Below are positions 27,848-36,198 of a stretch of 64,000 nucleotides of DNA, piece by piece. Both the position numbers and the translations under genes were made by a program. Numbering within the stretch: the first letter of the stretch is position 1; each line of letters begins with the position of its first letter. The notes under the pieces were generated by a model that worked only from the letters and a program-made list of their open reading frames with translations, was not told where the DNA came from and did not search any database. Source of the stretch: an archaeon (GTDB lineage: Archaea; Nanobdellota; Nanobdellia; Woesearchaeales; GW2011-AR15); the NCBI GenBank assembly GCA_018657065.1, contig JABHXU010000011.1:22948-86947 (forward strand), read 5' to 3'.

Positions 27848-30313
27848 TTATGGCACCTCCTCAGTTGTAGGTGGATTTAAATTATCAGTCACCGCTGTAG
27901 GAAATCCATTATTTTCTGTTGTTGCAGGTAATGTTGCTTTAGATAAACAATCACAATTATCTGCATCAATTATTTCAACTTCACCATATAACGGGTTGCT
28001 TCCAGGTTTACAAAATACACAATTAGGTTCATTTGTAGGATTTGGATAAGTTTTACCTATAACTGATGCTGCACAAATTTGATTATTATAATTTAAACAA
28101 GTTGTTGAATCTGTTGTAGGTCTCCAAATATATTTAACTATTTCTTCTTTTGCCGCATCTGGTGCATTAGCTGCATCATCTTTACAACTACTTCCTGCTT
28201 TATTACAAATTTGTCTTAAACAGCTACTACAAAAACCTTTTACATAATCGATTTTTCCAACTAATTCTGCATTACAAAGCAAACTATGATCTGCTTTAAC
28301 TCCTGTCCCCATAAAATTTATCTCTGCACTTCCCTGAATACATGCATCAGGATCAGATCCATTATTTTCTACTTCTAAAAAGAAATATATACGAGGATTT
28401 CCTGCACCTGTTTCATCAAAATACGCGCTTCTAATAGCACAATCATCTTCACTTAAACATTTTGGAACAATTTCTACATTAAAAGTATCTTTATAATTTC
28501 CATCTGTTTGATTTAAACGTTTAACAGGAACTATTTGAGGAAACCTATCTCCTTTTTCTACTGAACTTGATTCTGTAGAAGGAATTTGAGAAGTCCAATC
28601 ACTATAACTTAAAGATGTACCTGTTGGTGGTTGCTGTGAATTTGTTCCCTGACTAGCTACACAAGCATTTCCATTTTTTTCAAATTCTATTTGATAATAA
28701 CCTCTTCCCATAAGCCCAACTTCTGGTTCCGAAGGATCTGGTCGTTTCCAAGTTCCATCTATATTTTTATTTGTCTTTGCATATTTATATGCTTTTAAAC
28801 TTCCTAAATAACAAAATGAAACTTCTCTACTATCTTTCTCTGCAAAAGCATAACATGTTCCTTCACAAACTGATTCACAATCACTTGTTTTTGCAAATAT
28901 TTTTTTGTTATCTGGAGTTATTAAATCTTTAATTTTAAGATATGTAACTATATTTTCAACATAAGTACAGTCAGTCACAGTAGAGTCATCAACGATTGAT
29001 CCATCTGGACACTCAATAGTGCCTTCATCAACTTCACTTAAACTATATCCTTCATCAAAAATTGTTAAATCATCTAAGGTTAATTCTCTTTCAACAACTT
29101 CGCAAGTTAATATATGCTGCTTTATTATTTTTTCATTCCACAATGTTTTAGCAGCTTCATCATCTTCATCCCATTTCACATCTGAACCATCAACATCTAT
29201 TAATTTTTCAATTTCATTGTCTGTACTTTCTTTAAAAACAAGCTCTATCATTTCATTTCTTTTAGCTGCATACTCAACAAAATCAATATCATCTTTAATA
29301 TCATCTTCATTTTTATATAATTCACCTAGACCTTCTGCGGTTCCTTCATTCCAACCTTCACAACCACCACCAACTTTGTTATCACAAATTTGTTTAACAA
29401 TTGTAGGTGTTGCTACACTTGTTATAGGTTCATCTTTTCCACCACAATTAATAGTTATTCCGTAAACAGAAAAGTGATTTGTATATGCAGTCATTTTATT
29501 TACTTCTGAATCAACAACTGTAGGAAGACCAACCCAAATTCCAATTGTATCATGGTAATAACCAATCTTCAAATTTTCTTCATTAATAAAAGGTGGAACA
29601 TCTATATCATCATAATATGCTATAACTTTTACCGGTTTAGAAAATGAGACTCCATGAGGTGCAGCGTAAAACGCTCTTCTTCCTAGAAGTACAGAATTAG
29701 ATAGGCCATTAAAGTGTTTATCAAGATTTTTTAAAGTTATTTCCTCAACTTCTTCATCACCTACATATGCCTTTGTTCCAGGTTCAATTTCAATCACAAA
29801 TCCTCCATCAGTTGAAGTAATTAGAGTTGTTTTGTCTGGATTAATATCTTCAGTCACAGATCTAGGTAAAGTATAAGTTGTATCATCATGATTAAGTTTT
29901 AATGTTCCTCTTGACATTCTAACTTCATAGTTTAATTCAACAATAAGTGCGTTATTTGTAAGAATAGCGTTAGCCTTTGGGTCTTTAGATGTCACGTCAA
30001 AATTTTGTTCTTCAAATGCATTAAAATTATCTAAACATTCTGGCATAGAATACTCAACATATGCAGCAATAGGTGCTATTGAAGCTTTTTTATCTAAACC
30101 AAACCGTTTTTCCGCTTCAATAGTAGATATCTCAATACAATGTTCTACATATGCATCAAGAAAATCTTGATCAAGTTTTGCGTCTCCAGATCTTATACGC
30201 TCAATATCAAATTCTGTTTTTGAATTATCCATCCTAAGAAGGATTAGTGTTCCAACAATAATAACTATAATCAACCCAATTATTACAAATAGACTTACTT
30301 GTGACTTTTTCAT
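27848..30313 (-). CDS. Giant (821 aa) cysteine-rich surface protein: pilin-like N-terminus, ZU5-like module (HFS), Cys-rich C-terminal region
   Basis: N-terminus MKKSQVSLFVIIGLIIVIIVG. The first ~330 aa are collinear with the 1405-aa protein (YTLPRS..., IEIEPGTKAYV, FSKPVKVIAYY, IGYYHD.IGIW, NHFSVYGI, GCEGWNEG). Confidence 0.85.
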   Translation of the reverse strand: MKKSQVSLFVIIGLIIVIIVGTLILLRMDNSKTEFDIERIRSGDAKLDQDFLDAYVEHCIEISTIEAEKRFGLDKKASIAPIAAYVEYSMPECLDNFNAFEEQNFDVTSKDPKANAILTNNALIVELNYEVRMSRGTLKLNHDDTTYTLPRSVTEDINPDKTTLITSTDGGFVIEIEPGTKAYVGDEEVEEITLKNLDKHFNGLSNSVLLGRRAFYAAPHGVSFSKPVKVIAYYDDIDVPPFINEENLKIGYYHDTIGIWVGLPTVVDSEVNKMTAYTNHFSVYGITINCGGKDEPITSVATPTIVKQICDNKVGGGCEGWNEGTAEGLGELYKNEDDIKDDIDFVEYAAKRNEMIELVFKESTDNEIEKLIDVDGSDVKWDEDDEAAKTLWNEKIIKQHILTCEVVERELTLDDLTIFDEGYSLSEVDEGTIECPDGSIVDDSTVTDCTYVENIVTYLKIKDLITPDNKKIFAKTSDCESVCEGTCYAFAEKDSREVSFCYLGSLKAYKYAKTNKNIDGTWKRPDPSEPEVGLMGRGYYQIEFEKNGNACVASQGTNSQQPPTGTSLSYSDWTSQIPSTESSSVEKGDRFPQIVPVKRLNQTDGNYKDTFNVEIVPKCLSEDDCAIRSAYFDETGAGNPRIYFFLEVENNGSDPDACIQGSAEINFMGTGVKADHSLLCNAELVGKIDYVKGFCSSCLRQICNKAGSSCKDDAANAPDAAKEEIVKYIWRPTTDSTTCLNYNNQICAASVIGKTYPNPTNEPNCVFCKPGSNPLYGEVEIIDADNCDCLSKATLPATTENNGFPTAVTDNLNPPTTEEVP

Positions 30314-30423
30314 GCATATTTTTGAGATTTACTCCTATATATATTTTACTTTATTATTATTGAATAAAAAATAATTCTTTTTTTACCAAAATTTTATATA
30401 TTATTTAATTGCTAAATTATTAA

Positions 30424-31746
30424 ATGAAGATTTACGCAGTTTCTGGTTACAGTGAAGTTGGTAGAAACATGACTTGTATTGAAAGTAATAATGAAGCAGT
30501 TATTTTAGATATGGGAATTGATCTAGAAAATTATATTACCCTACAAGGACATGATGATCTAGAATTTATTAGTACTAAACAAATGACTGTTGCTAAAGCA
30601 ATTCCGGATATTTCAGTTTTAAAAAATATTAAAAAAAATGTTTTAGCAATTATTCCTAGTCACGGTCATCTTGATCATATTGGCGCAATTCCTTTTTTAT
30701 CTGCTAAATTTAATTGTCCAATAATTGCGTCACCTTATACAGCTTCAGTAATTAAAGCTATTATGAAAGACAAAAGACAAGATCTTAAAAATGATCTTGT
30801 TTCATTAAAATTGAATAAAAAAATCAAATTATCTGATAATTTTTCAATTGAACTTGTAAACATGACTCATAGCATTCCTCAAGCTTCAACTATTATTGTT
30901 CATACTCCTGAAGGTAAGGTTGCATATGCTAATGATTTCAAATTGGATAATAATCCTACACTAGGTGATAAACCTAATTATAAAAGATTAAAACAATTAG
31001 GTAAAGAAGGAATTAAAGCACTAATCATTGATTCATTATATGCTGATGAACATAGAAAAACACCTTCTGAATCTATTGCTAAAGAAATGCTTAGAGATGT
31101 AATGCTCAACATAGATTCAAAAGGAAGAGCAGTTATTGTTTCAACTTTTTCTTCGCATATTGCTAGACTAAAATCAATTATTGAATTTGGTAAAAAAATG
31201 AAAAGAAAAATTGTTTTTTTAGGTAGAAGTTTAGCAAAATATACTTATGCTGCAGAGGATATTGGACTTGTTAAATTTTCAAAAAAAGTAGAGATTTGTA
31301 CTTATGGTAAACAAATTCAAAAAAAATTAGATGAAATTGAAAAAAATAGAGAAAAATATCTAATTGTTTGTACAGGCCATCAAGCAGAACCTAAAGCAGT
31401 TTTATCAAAAATTGCAACAGGAAAATATAGATTTAATTTACTCCCTGAAGATCATATAATTTTTTCTTGTTCAGTTATACCTAGTGAGATTAACATAAAA
31501 AATAGAAAGGTTCTTGAAAAACTTCTTTTACAAAAAAAAGTTAGAATCTTTAAAGATATTCATCAATCCGGACATGGAGCTAGAGAAGATCATAGAGAAC
31601 TTATTAAAATGCTAAACCCTGAATATGTTTTACCATCTCATGCAAAATTAGACAAAAAACAAGCTCTCCAAAATTTGGCTCTTGAAATGGGTTATCATAA
31701 ATACAATGTTCCAATTTTAAAAAATGGCGATATTCTAGAATTATAA
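30424..31746 (+). CDS. rnj: Archaeal RNase J-like beta-CASP metallo-beta-lactamase ribonuclease
   Basis: SHGHLDHIGAIP (HxHxDH) and beta-CASP motifs including HQSGHGAREDH. The ~440-aa size is typical of aRNase J. Confidence 0.85.
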   Translation: MKIYAVSGYSEVGRNMTCIESNNEAVILDMGIDLENYITLQGHDDLEFISTKQMTVAKAIPDISVLKNIKKNVLAIIPSHGHLDHIGAIPFLSAKFNCPIIASPYTASVIKAIMKDKRQDLKNDLVSLKLNKKIKLSDNFSIELVNMTHSIPQASTIIVHTPEGKVAYANDFKLDNNPTLGDKPNYKRLKQLGKEGIKALIIDSLYADEHRKTPSESIAKEMLRDVMLNIDSKGRAVIVSTFSSHIARLKSIIEFGKKMKRKIVFLGRSLAKYTYAAEDIGLVKFSKKVEICTYGKQIQKKLDEIEKNREKYLIVCTGHQAEPKAVLSKIATGKYRFNLLPEDHIIFSCSVIPSEINIKNRKVLEKLLLQKKVRIFKDIHQSGHGAREDHRELIKMLNPEYVLPSHAKLDKKQALQNLALEMGYHKYNVPILKNGDILEL

Positions 31747-31765
31747 TTTCTTTTTTTAAGGGATC

Positions 31766-31785
31766 CTAAGGGACTTTTCCCTTAG
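31766..31785 (+). terminator. Perfect 8-bp hairpin just after the RNase J stop codon and a T-run
   Basis: ctaaggga-cttt-tcccttag, preceded by tttcttttttt (31748-31758). Function is not proven; archaeal termination mainly uses oligo-T. Confidence 0.3.
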
Positions 31786-31833
31786 ATAAAAATTACAAAA
31801 TAATTCTTTATTAAATATTTAGAAAAGTAAAAA

Positions 31834-31889
31834 GGGGAGAGTAGTTTTTTGTGGGGGGGTTGGTTAGAAAGCCGCTCTCCACCTTTTTT
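31834..31889. terminator. GC-enriched hairpin flanked by T/A runs (possible bidirectional terminator or small RNA)
   Basis: ggggagag (31834-31841) pairs imperfectly with ctctccacc (31875-31883). The loop contains gtgggggggttgg. tttttt follows on the plus strand and an equivalent U-run follows on the minus strand. Confidence 0.25.
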
Positions 31890-31916
31890 ATTTTAAAACA
31901 CGAAGGGTGTTTAAAA

Positions 31917-32009
31917 TTATGAGGTGTAATAATCTTCTGTCTCAGCTTTTTTGGCTTCGTCAGCAACGTCTTTGGAAATTTGTTCTTGAGCTAATTCTTC
32001 GAGTATCAT
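31917..32009 (-). CDS. Possible 30-aa acidic micro-ORF (not in the supplied track)
   Basis: ATG at 32009 is preceded by a GGTGAT RBS-like sequence. Translation: MILEELAQEQISKDVADEAKKAETEDYYTS. A hairpin plus U-run lies downstream. No homology is recognised. Confidence 0.2.
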   Translation of the reverse strand: MILEELAQEQISKDVADEAKKAETEDYYTS

Positions 32010-32315
32010 CTTGAATTATCACCTTTTTTATAACTGTATAGTAGTACTACTATTTAAACTTTTCGATTTTAGTTATCTCTTAGTAGTAACATCGTTTTGA
32101 TAACCTTTTTATATAAAGAAAGGCTATAATACTTCCATGTACCATAAAGTAATTGAAACAGAATTCCAGATCTTTGCCTTTCTAATGGGAAATGGGAACT
32201 AATTCTTTATAGAAAAGACACAACATGTCTTTGATTATTACAAAAAGTTGTGTCTTTGAGTATAGTTAAATATTTATTAATAATTATAAATCTATAAAAC
32301 TATAAAGGTGATTAC

Positions 32316-33800
32316 ATGATATCAATCGAAGATTTTGCAATATTTGCAAAGAAAAAAGCATTTGTTTATCCTAGTACTGAAATATACGGAGGTATGGCTG
32401 GATTTTTTGACTATGGACCTCTAGGTGTTGAACTAAAAAATAATATTAAAAATAATTGGTGGCACTCCTTTGTTAAAAATAGAGAAGATACTGTTGGAAT
32501 TGATGGAAGTATTATAAGTTCACAAAAAGTCTGGGAAGCTTCTGGACATATGAACTCTTTTTTTGACATGCTTAGTGAATGTGAAAAATGCAAAAAAAAT
32601 CATAGAGCAGATCATTTGATTGAAGATTCCTTAAAACTTAGTGTTGAAGGTCTTGAATCAGATGCTCTAGATAAAATAATTGTTGATAATAAATTAAAAT
32701 GCCCAAATTGTGAAGGAAATCTTAATAAAATTAAAAAATTTAATTTAATGTTTCCTGTATCTTTAGGAGCTGATGAGAAAACCGGTCAAAAGGCTTTTTT
32801 ACGAGGAGAAACAGCTCAATTAATTTTTGTTGCATACAAAAGTGTTGTTGATACTGCTCGAGTAAAAATTCCTTTTGGGATTGCTCAAATCGGTAAAGCA
32901 TTTAGAAATGAAATTAGTCCTAGAAATTTCCTTTTTAGGACAAGAGAATTTGGACAAATGGAGATTGAATATTTTGTTCATCCTGAAGAAAAAAAATGTT
33001 CTCTTTTAGATAAAAGCCATCTTGATTTAGAATTTTTATTCTTCTCAAAAGAAAATCAAGAAAAAAATAAAGAACAAACAAAGGTCAAACTAAAAGACAT
33101 AATTAAAAATAAAATTCTTGGAGAATGGCATGCTTATTGGCTTGCGGAAAGTTATTTATGGTATGTTAATTTAGGAATTAGATCTGAAAACCTTAGAATT
33201 AGAGAACATACAAGTGATGAACTTAGTTTTTATTCAACTGGAACATTTGATATTGATTATAATTTTCCTTTTGGATGGAAAGAAATTTATGGAAACGCTA
33301 ATAGAGGACAATATGATCTTACTCAACATCAAAAACATTCAGGAAAATCAATGGAAATATTTGATGAAGAAACTAGAACAAGATTTATTCCTAGAGTTAT
33401 TGAACCTAGTTTTGGTGTTGATAGAGCATTTTTATCATTTTTATATGATGCATATTCTACTAGAAAAGACGAAAAAGGAAAAGAGGTCGTTGTTTTAAAA
33501 CTTCATCCTAAAATTGCACCTATGCAAATCGCAGTATTTCCTCTTGTAAATAAATTACAAGATAAAGCGAGAGTTGTATTTAGTGAAATAAAATCTTGTT
33601 TCACTACAACATATGATAAAAGTGGTAGTATAGGAAGAAGATATGCTAGAGCAGATGAACAAGGAATTCCATATTGTATAACTATTGATTTTGATTCATT
33701 AGAGGATCACAGTGTTACAATTAGAGAAAGAGATTCAGCTAAACAACATAGAGTTAAAATAAGTGAATTAAAAAACGAACTTTTTAAATTAATTAATTGA
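32316..33800 (+). CDS. glyS: Glycyl-tRNA synthetase (class II, archaeal/eukaryal dimeric type)
   Basis: [57 protein letters not shown] and the anticodon-binding C-terminus. Confidence 0.92.
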   Translation: MISIEDFAIFAKKKAFVYPSTEIYGGMAGFFDYGPLGVELKNNIKNNWWHSFVKNREDTVGIDGSIISSQKVWEASGHMNSFFDMLSECEKCKKNHRADHLIEDSLKLSVEGLESDALDKIIVDNKLKCPNCEGNLNKIKKFNLMFPVSLGADEKTGQKAFLRGETAQLIFVAYKSVVDTARVKIPFGIAQIGKAFRNEISPRNFLFRTREFGQMEIEYFVHPEEKKCSLLDKSHLDLEFLFFSKENQEKNKEQTKVKLKDIIKNKILGEWHAYWLAESYLWYVNLGIRSENLRIREHTSDELSFYSTGTFDIDYNFPFGWKEIYGNANRGQYDLTQHQKHSGKSMEIFDEETRTRFIPRVIEPSFGVDRAFLSFLYDAYSTRKDEKGKEVVVLKLHPKIAPMQIAVFPLVNKLQDKARVVFSEIKSCFTTTYDKSGSIGRRYARADEQGIPYCITIDFDSLEDHSVTIRERDSAKQHRVKISELKNELFKLIN

Positions 33801-34815
33801 AGAGTTCCAAATACTCTTCATAACCTTTTTCTTTTAATTTTTCTTTAGGAATAAATTTTAATGATGCAGAATTAACACAATATCTATCTCCTCCATTAGG
33901 ACCATCATCAAAAACATGACCTAAATGAGAATCACTATCTTTACTCTTAATTTCAGTTCTAGTTATTCCTAAACTCGTATCATCAACTTCAGATATCATA
34001 TCCATATTAATTGGTTTAGTAAAACTAGGCCAACCTGTTCCACTATCAAATTTATCTAATGAAGAAAAAAGAGGTTCTCCTGTTAAAACATCAACATAAA
34101 TTCCATCTTCATGATTATCCCAATATTCATTTTTAAAAGGAGGTTCAGTATATCCTTCTTTTGTTACTTTATATTGAATCTCTGTTAAATCATTATTTTC
34201 ACTTTCAAATATATCTCCACAGTTATTTTCCTCTATATAATCTTTTCTTCCTGAACCTTTTTTATATAATTCATACTGAAAACTATTTTTATTTGAATAA
34301 TTTTGATGATATTCTTCAGCTAAGAAAAATTCTGTTTGGGGCAAAACTTCTGTAGCTATTTCTTCTCCAAGCTTTTCTTTAACCAATTTTTTTGTTTCTT
34401 CAATAATATTTTTTTGATCTTCATTAAAATAATAAATAGCTGTTGTATATTGATGTCCTCTATCTGAAAATTGTCCACCTGAATCTGTTGGATCAATTTG
34501 AGTCCAATATATTTCTACTAGAGCTCGATAAGAAATAATACTAGGATCAAAATAAACAATAACTCCTTCTCTATGATCTGTTTTTCCACTTGTTACTAAA
34601 TCATATTTTGCATTTTTTTTTGTTCCACCAATATAACCTGAATGTGCTTCAATTACTCCTTCATAATCTTCATATGCTGCTTCAATACACCAAAAACATC
34701 CTCCAGCAAAAATTGCCTTATCATATTTTGATAAATCAATTTCTTTTTTAGTCTGAGTTTTTGTACTACACCCTATTATTAATGCTGCAAGCAATAATGG
34801 AATTAAATATTTCAT
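33793..34815 (-). CDS. msrAB: Secreted/lipoprotein bifunctional methionine sulfoxide reductase MsrA-MsrB
   Basis: Lipobox-like [10 protein letters not shown]. MsrA motif AGGCFWCIE. MsrB motifs GTGWPSF and [10 protein letters not shown]. Confidence 0.88.
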   Translation of the reverse strand: MKYLIPLLLAALIIGCSTKTQTKKEIDLSKYDKAIFAGGCFWCIEAAYEDYEGVIEAHSGYIGGTKKNAKYDLVTSGKTDHREGVIVYFDPSIISYRALVEIYWTQIDPTDSGGQFSDRGHQYTTAIYYFNEDQKNIIEETKKLVKEKLGEEIATEVLPQTEFFLAEEYHQNYSNKNSFQYELYKKGSGRKDYIEENNCGDIFESENNDLTEIQYKVTKEGYTEPPFKNEYWDNHEDGIYVDVLTGEPLFSSLDKFDSGTGWPSFTKPINMDMISEVDDTSLGITRTEIKSKDSDSHLGHVFDDGPNGGDRYCVNSASLKFIPKEKLKEKGYEEYLELFN

Positions 34816-34860
34816 ATAGTTAAAACATACTACTTGTTTTATAAAGATGATGTTGAAGTG

Positions 34861-35610
34861 CTAGAGATTAATATCTGCAATAAGCATTCTATGATCTGAT
34901 GTAAACCTATTCTTTACAACTTCTTTAGAATTAACTTTAATTTTATTAGGAATTAACATATGGTCTATTTGAAGTCTAGCACCTAATAATGGCCAAGTTA
35001 CATGCCCTTTAAATATATCTTGAAAATTATGTTTTTTAAATATCTTATAGAGTCCTTTTTTTTCATTTATTTTTAATTCATTTAAGGGCATATTAATTGC
35101 AGGAAATAATAAAGAATTAAAAAAAAGATTCCCATAAGAATTAAAATCACCACAAACAATATTATGTTTTTCTGGGTGAAATTCGTTAGTTACCGCTTCA
35201 AATTGTTCTATCCTTTTTTTAGGACCTGCATATGCATCTTGATGCAAATTAAATATTCTCAAATTATTTCCCAAATCTACATAATGAGCATTATGAAATA
35301 GTTCACTTATCCCTAACGTTTTAAGAATTATTTTTCTTATAGTTGTGCGTTTAATATTTTTATTAAATGTTATAAATGTTTGGTGATTTTTTGATGCATT
35401 TTTTGTTAAAATTACTTTATGCATTTTTTGGTTTTTTCCAATTGCATTACAAACATTATGAACTTTAAATTTTGTGTTTTTCAAATAATCTAATCCTTGA
35501 TTACTAACTTCTTGCAAACAAACAACATCGGGATTTTGATTAAAAATATACTCAAACCCTTGTTTGAAATGTTTGTTTGTTACTTCCATATTCCACGTTA
35601 CTATTTTCAT
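34861..35610 (-). CDS. Endonuclease/exonuclease/phosphatase (EEP) family protein
   Basis: MKIVTWNM, DVVCLQEV, CGDFNS and SDHRML motifs. Confidence 0.8.
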   Translation of the reverse strand: MKIVTWNMEVTNKHFKQGFEYIFNQNPDVVCLQEVSNQGLDYLKNTKFKVHNVCNAIGKNQKMHKVILTKNASKNHQTFITFNKNIKRTTIRKIILKTLGISELFHNAHYVDLGNNLRIFNLHQDAYAGPKKRIEQFEAVTNEFHPEKHNIVCGDFNSYGNLFFNSLLFPAINMPLNELKINEKKGLYKIFKKHNFQDIFKGHVTWPLLGARLQIDHMLIPNKIKVNSKEVVKNRFTSDHRMLIADINL

Positions 35611-36109
35611 TTTTTATTTTCCTTACTTTATAAATTTCAACTTTATCTGTATTAAAATATAGTCTAAACTTTCTAGGCATATTTTCAACATTATATCTTT
35701 TATTAAGAAATGTTTTCTTTAATTCAGAAATAATTTTTGCTGGTTTTTTAGCTAAAAATTTTGTCTCTTTTGATTTTGTTTTTACAAATACTCCTTGGCC
35801 TCTTTTACCAAACCTAATTAATCCAAACTCTTGTATTGCATCAATATTTACTCTCCTATTCCCATTATTATCTTTCAAAGTCAAGGTTGTTGAATCTAAA
35901 TGAATTTCTTGATTAAACATTCCTGGATACAAAACTTTTCTTAAAACATAACCTAAAAATGCAAGAACCATAATTCCTAAATATATGTAAGACCTAGTTC
36001 CATAATAAAAATTCTTATTAAAAACAAAAATAAAAACTACGCCCATGAAAATTAAACTAAGAAATTCATACACTCCAAAAGCTTTAACCCCCTCAAACTT
36101 CATAGTCAA
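35552..36109 (-). CDS. Hypothetical membrane protein (two N-terminal TM helices)
   Basis: 185-aa ORF whose 3-prime end overlaps the EEP gene start by 59 nt. No recognised motif. Confidence 0.4.
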   Translation of the reverse strand: MTMKFEGVKAFGVYEFLSLIFMGVVFIFVFNKNFYYGTRSYIYLGIMVLAFLGYVLRKVLYPGMFNQEIHLDSTTLTLKDNNGNRRVNIDAIQEFGLIRFGKRGQGVFVKTKSKETKFLAKKPAKIISELKKTFLNKRYNVENMPRKFRLYFNTDKVEIYKVRKIKNENSNVEYGSNKQTFQTRV

Positions 36110-36198
36110 AAAAATATTTGATTAACTTATTAAAGTTTGGATTCATCACTGGACTTTATCTTGTGAGATATATAAACTCAAATTACATAATTTCTTAA

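Noticed and set aside
20907-29465. Shadow ORFs inside the other three giant genes (20907, 22150, 22500, 22582, 26063, 26559, 26856, 27231, 27831, 29019).
   Set aside because: Same reasoning: they are embedded in long ORFs with conserved paralogous modules and have low-complexity translations.
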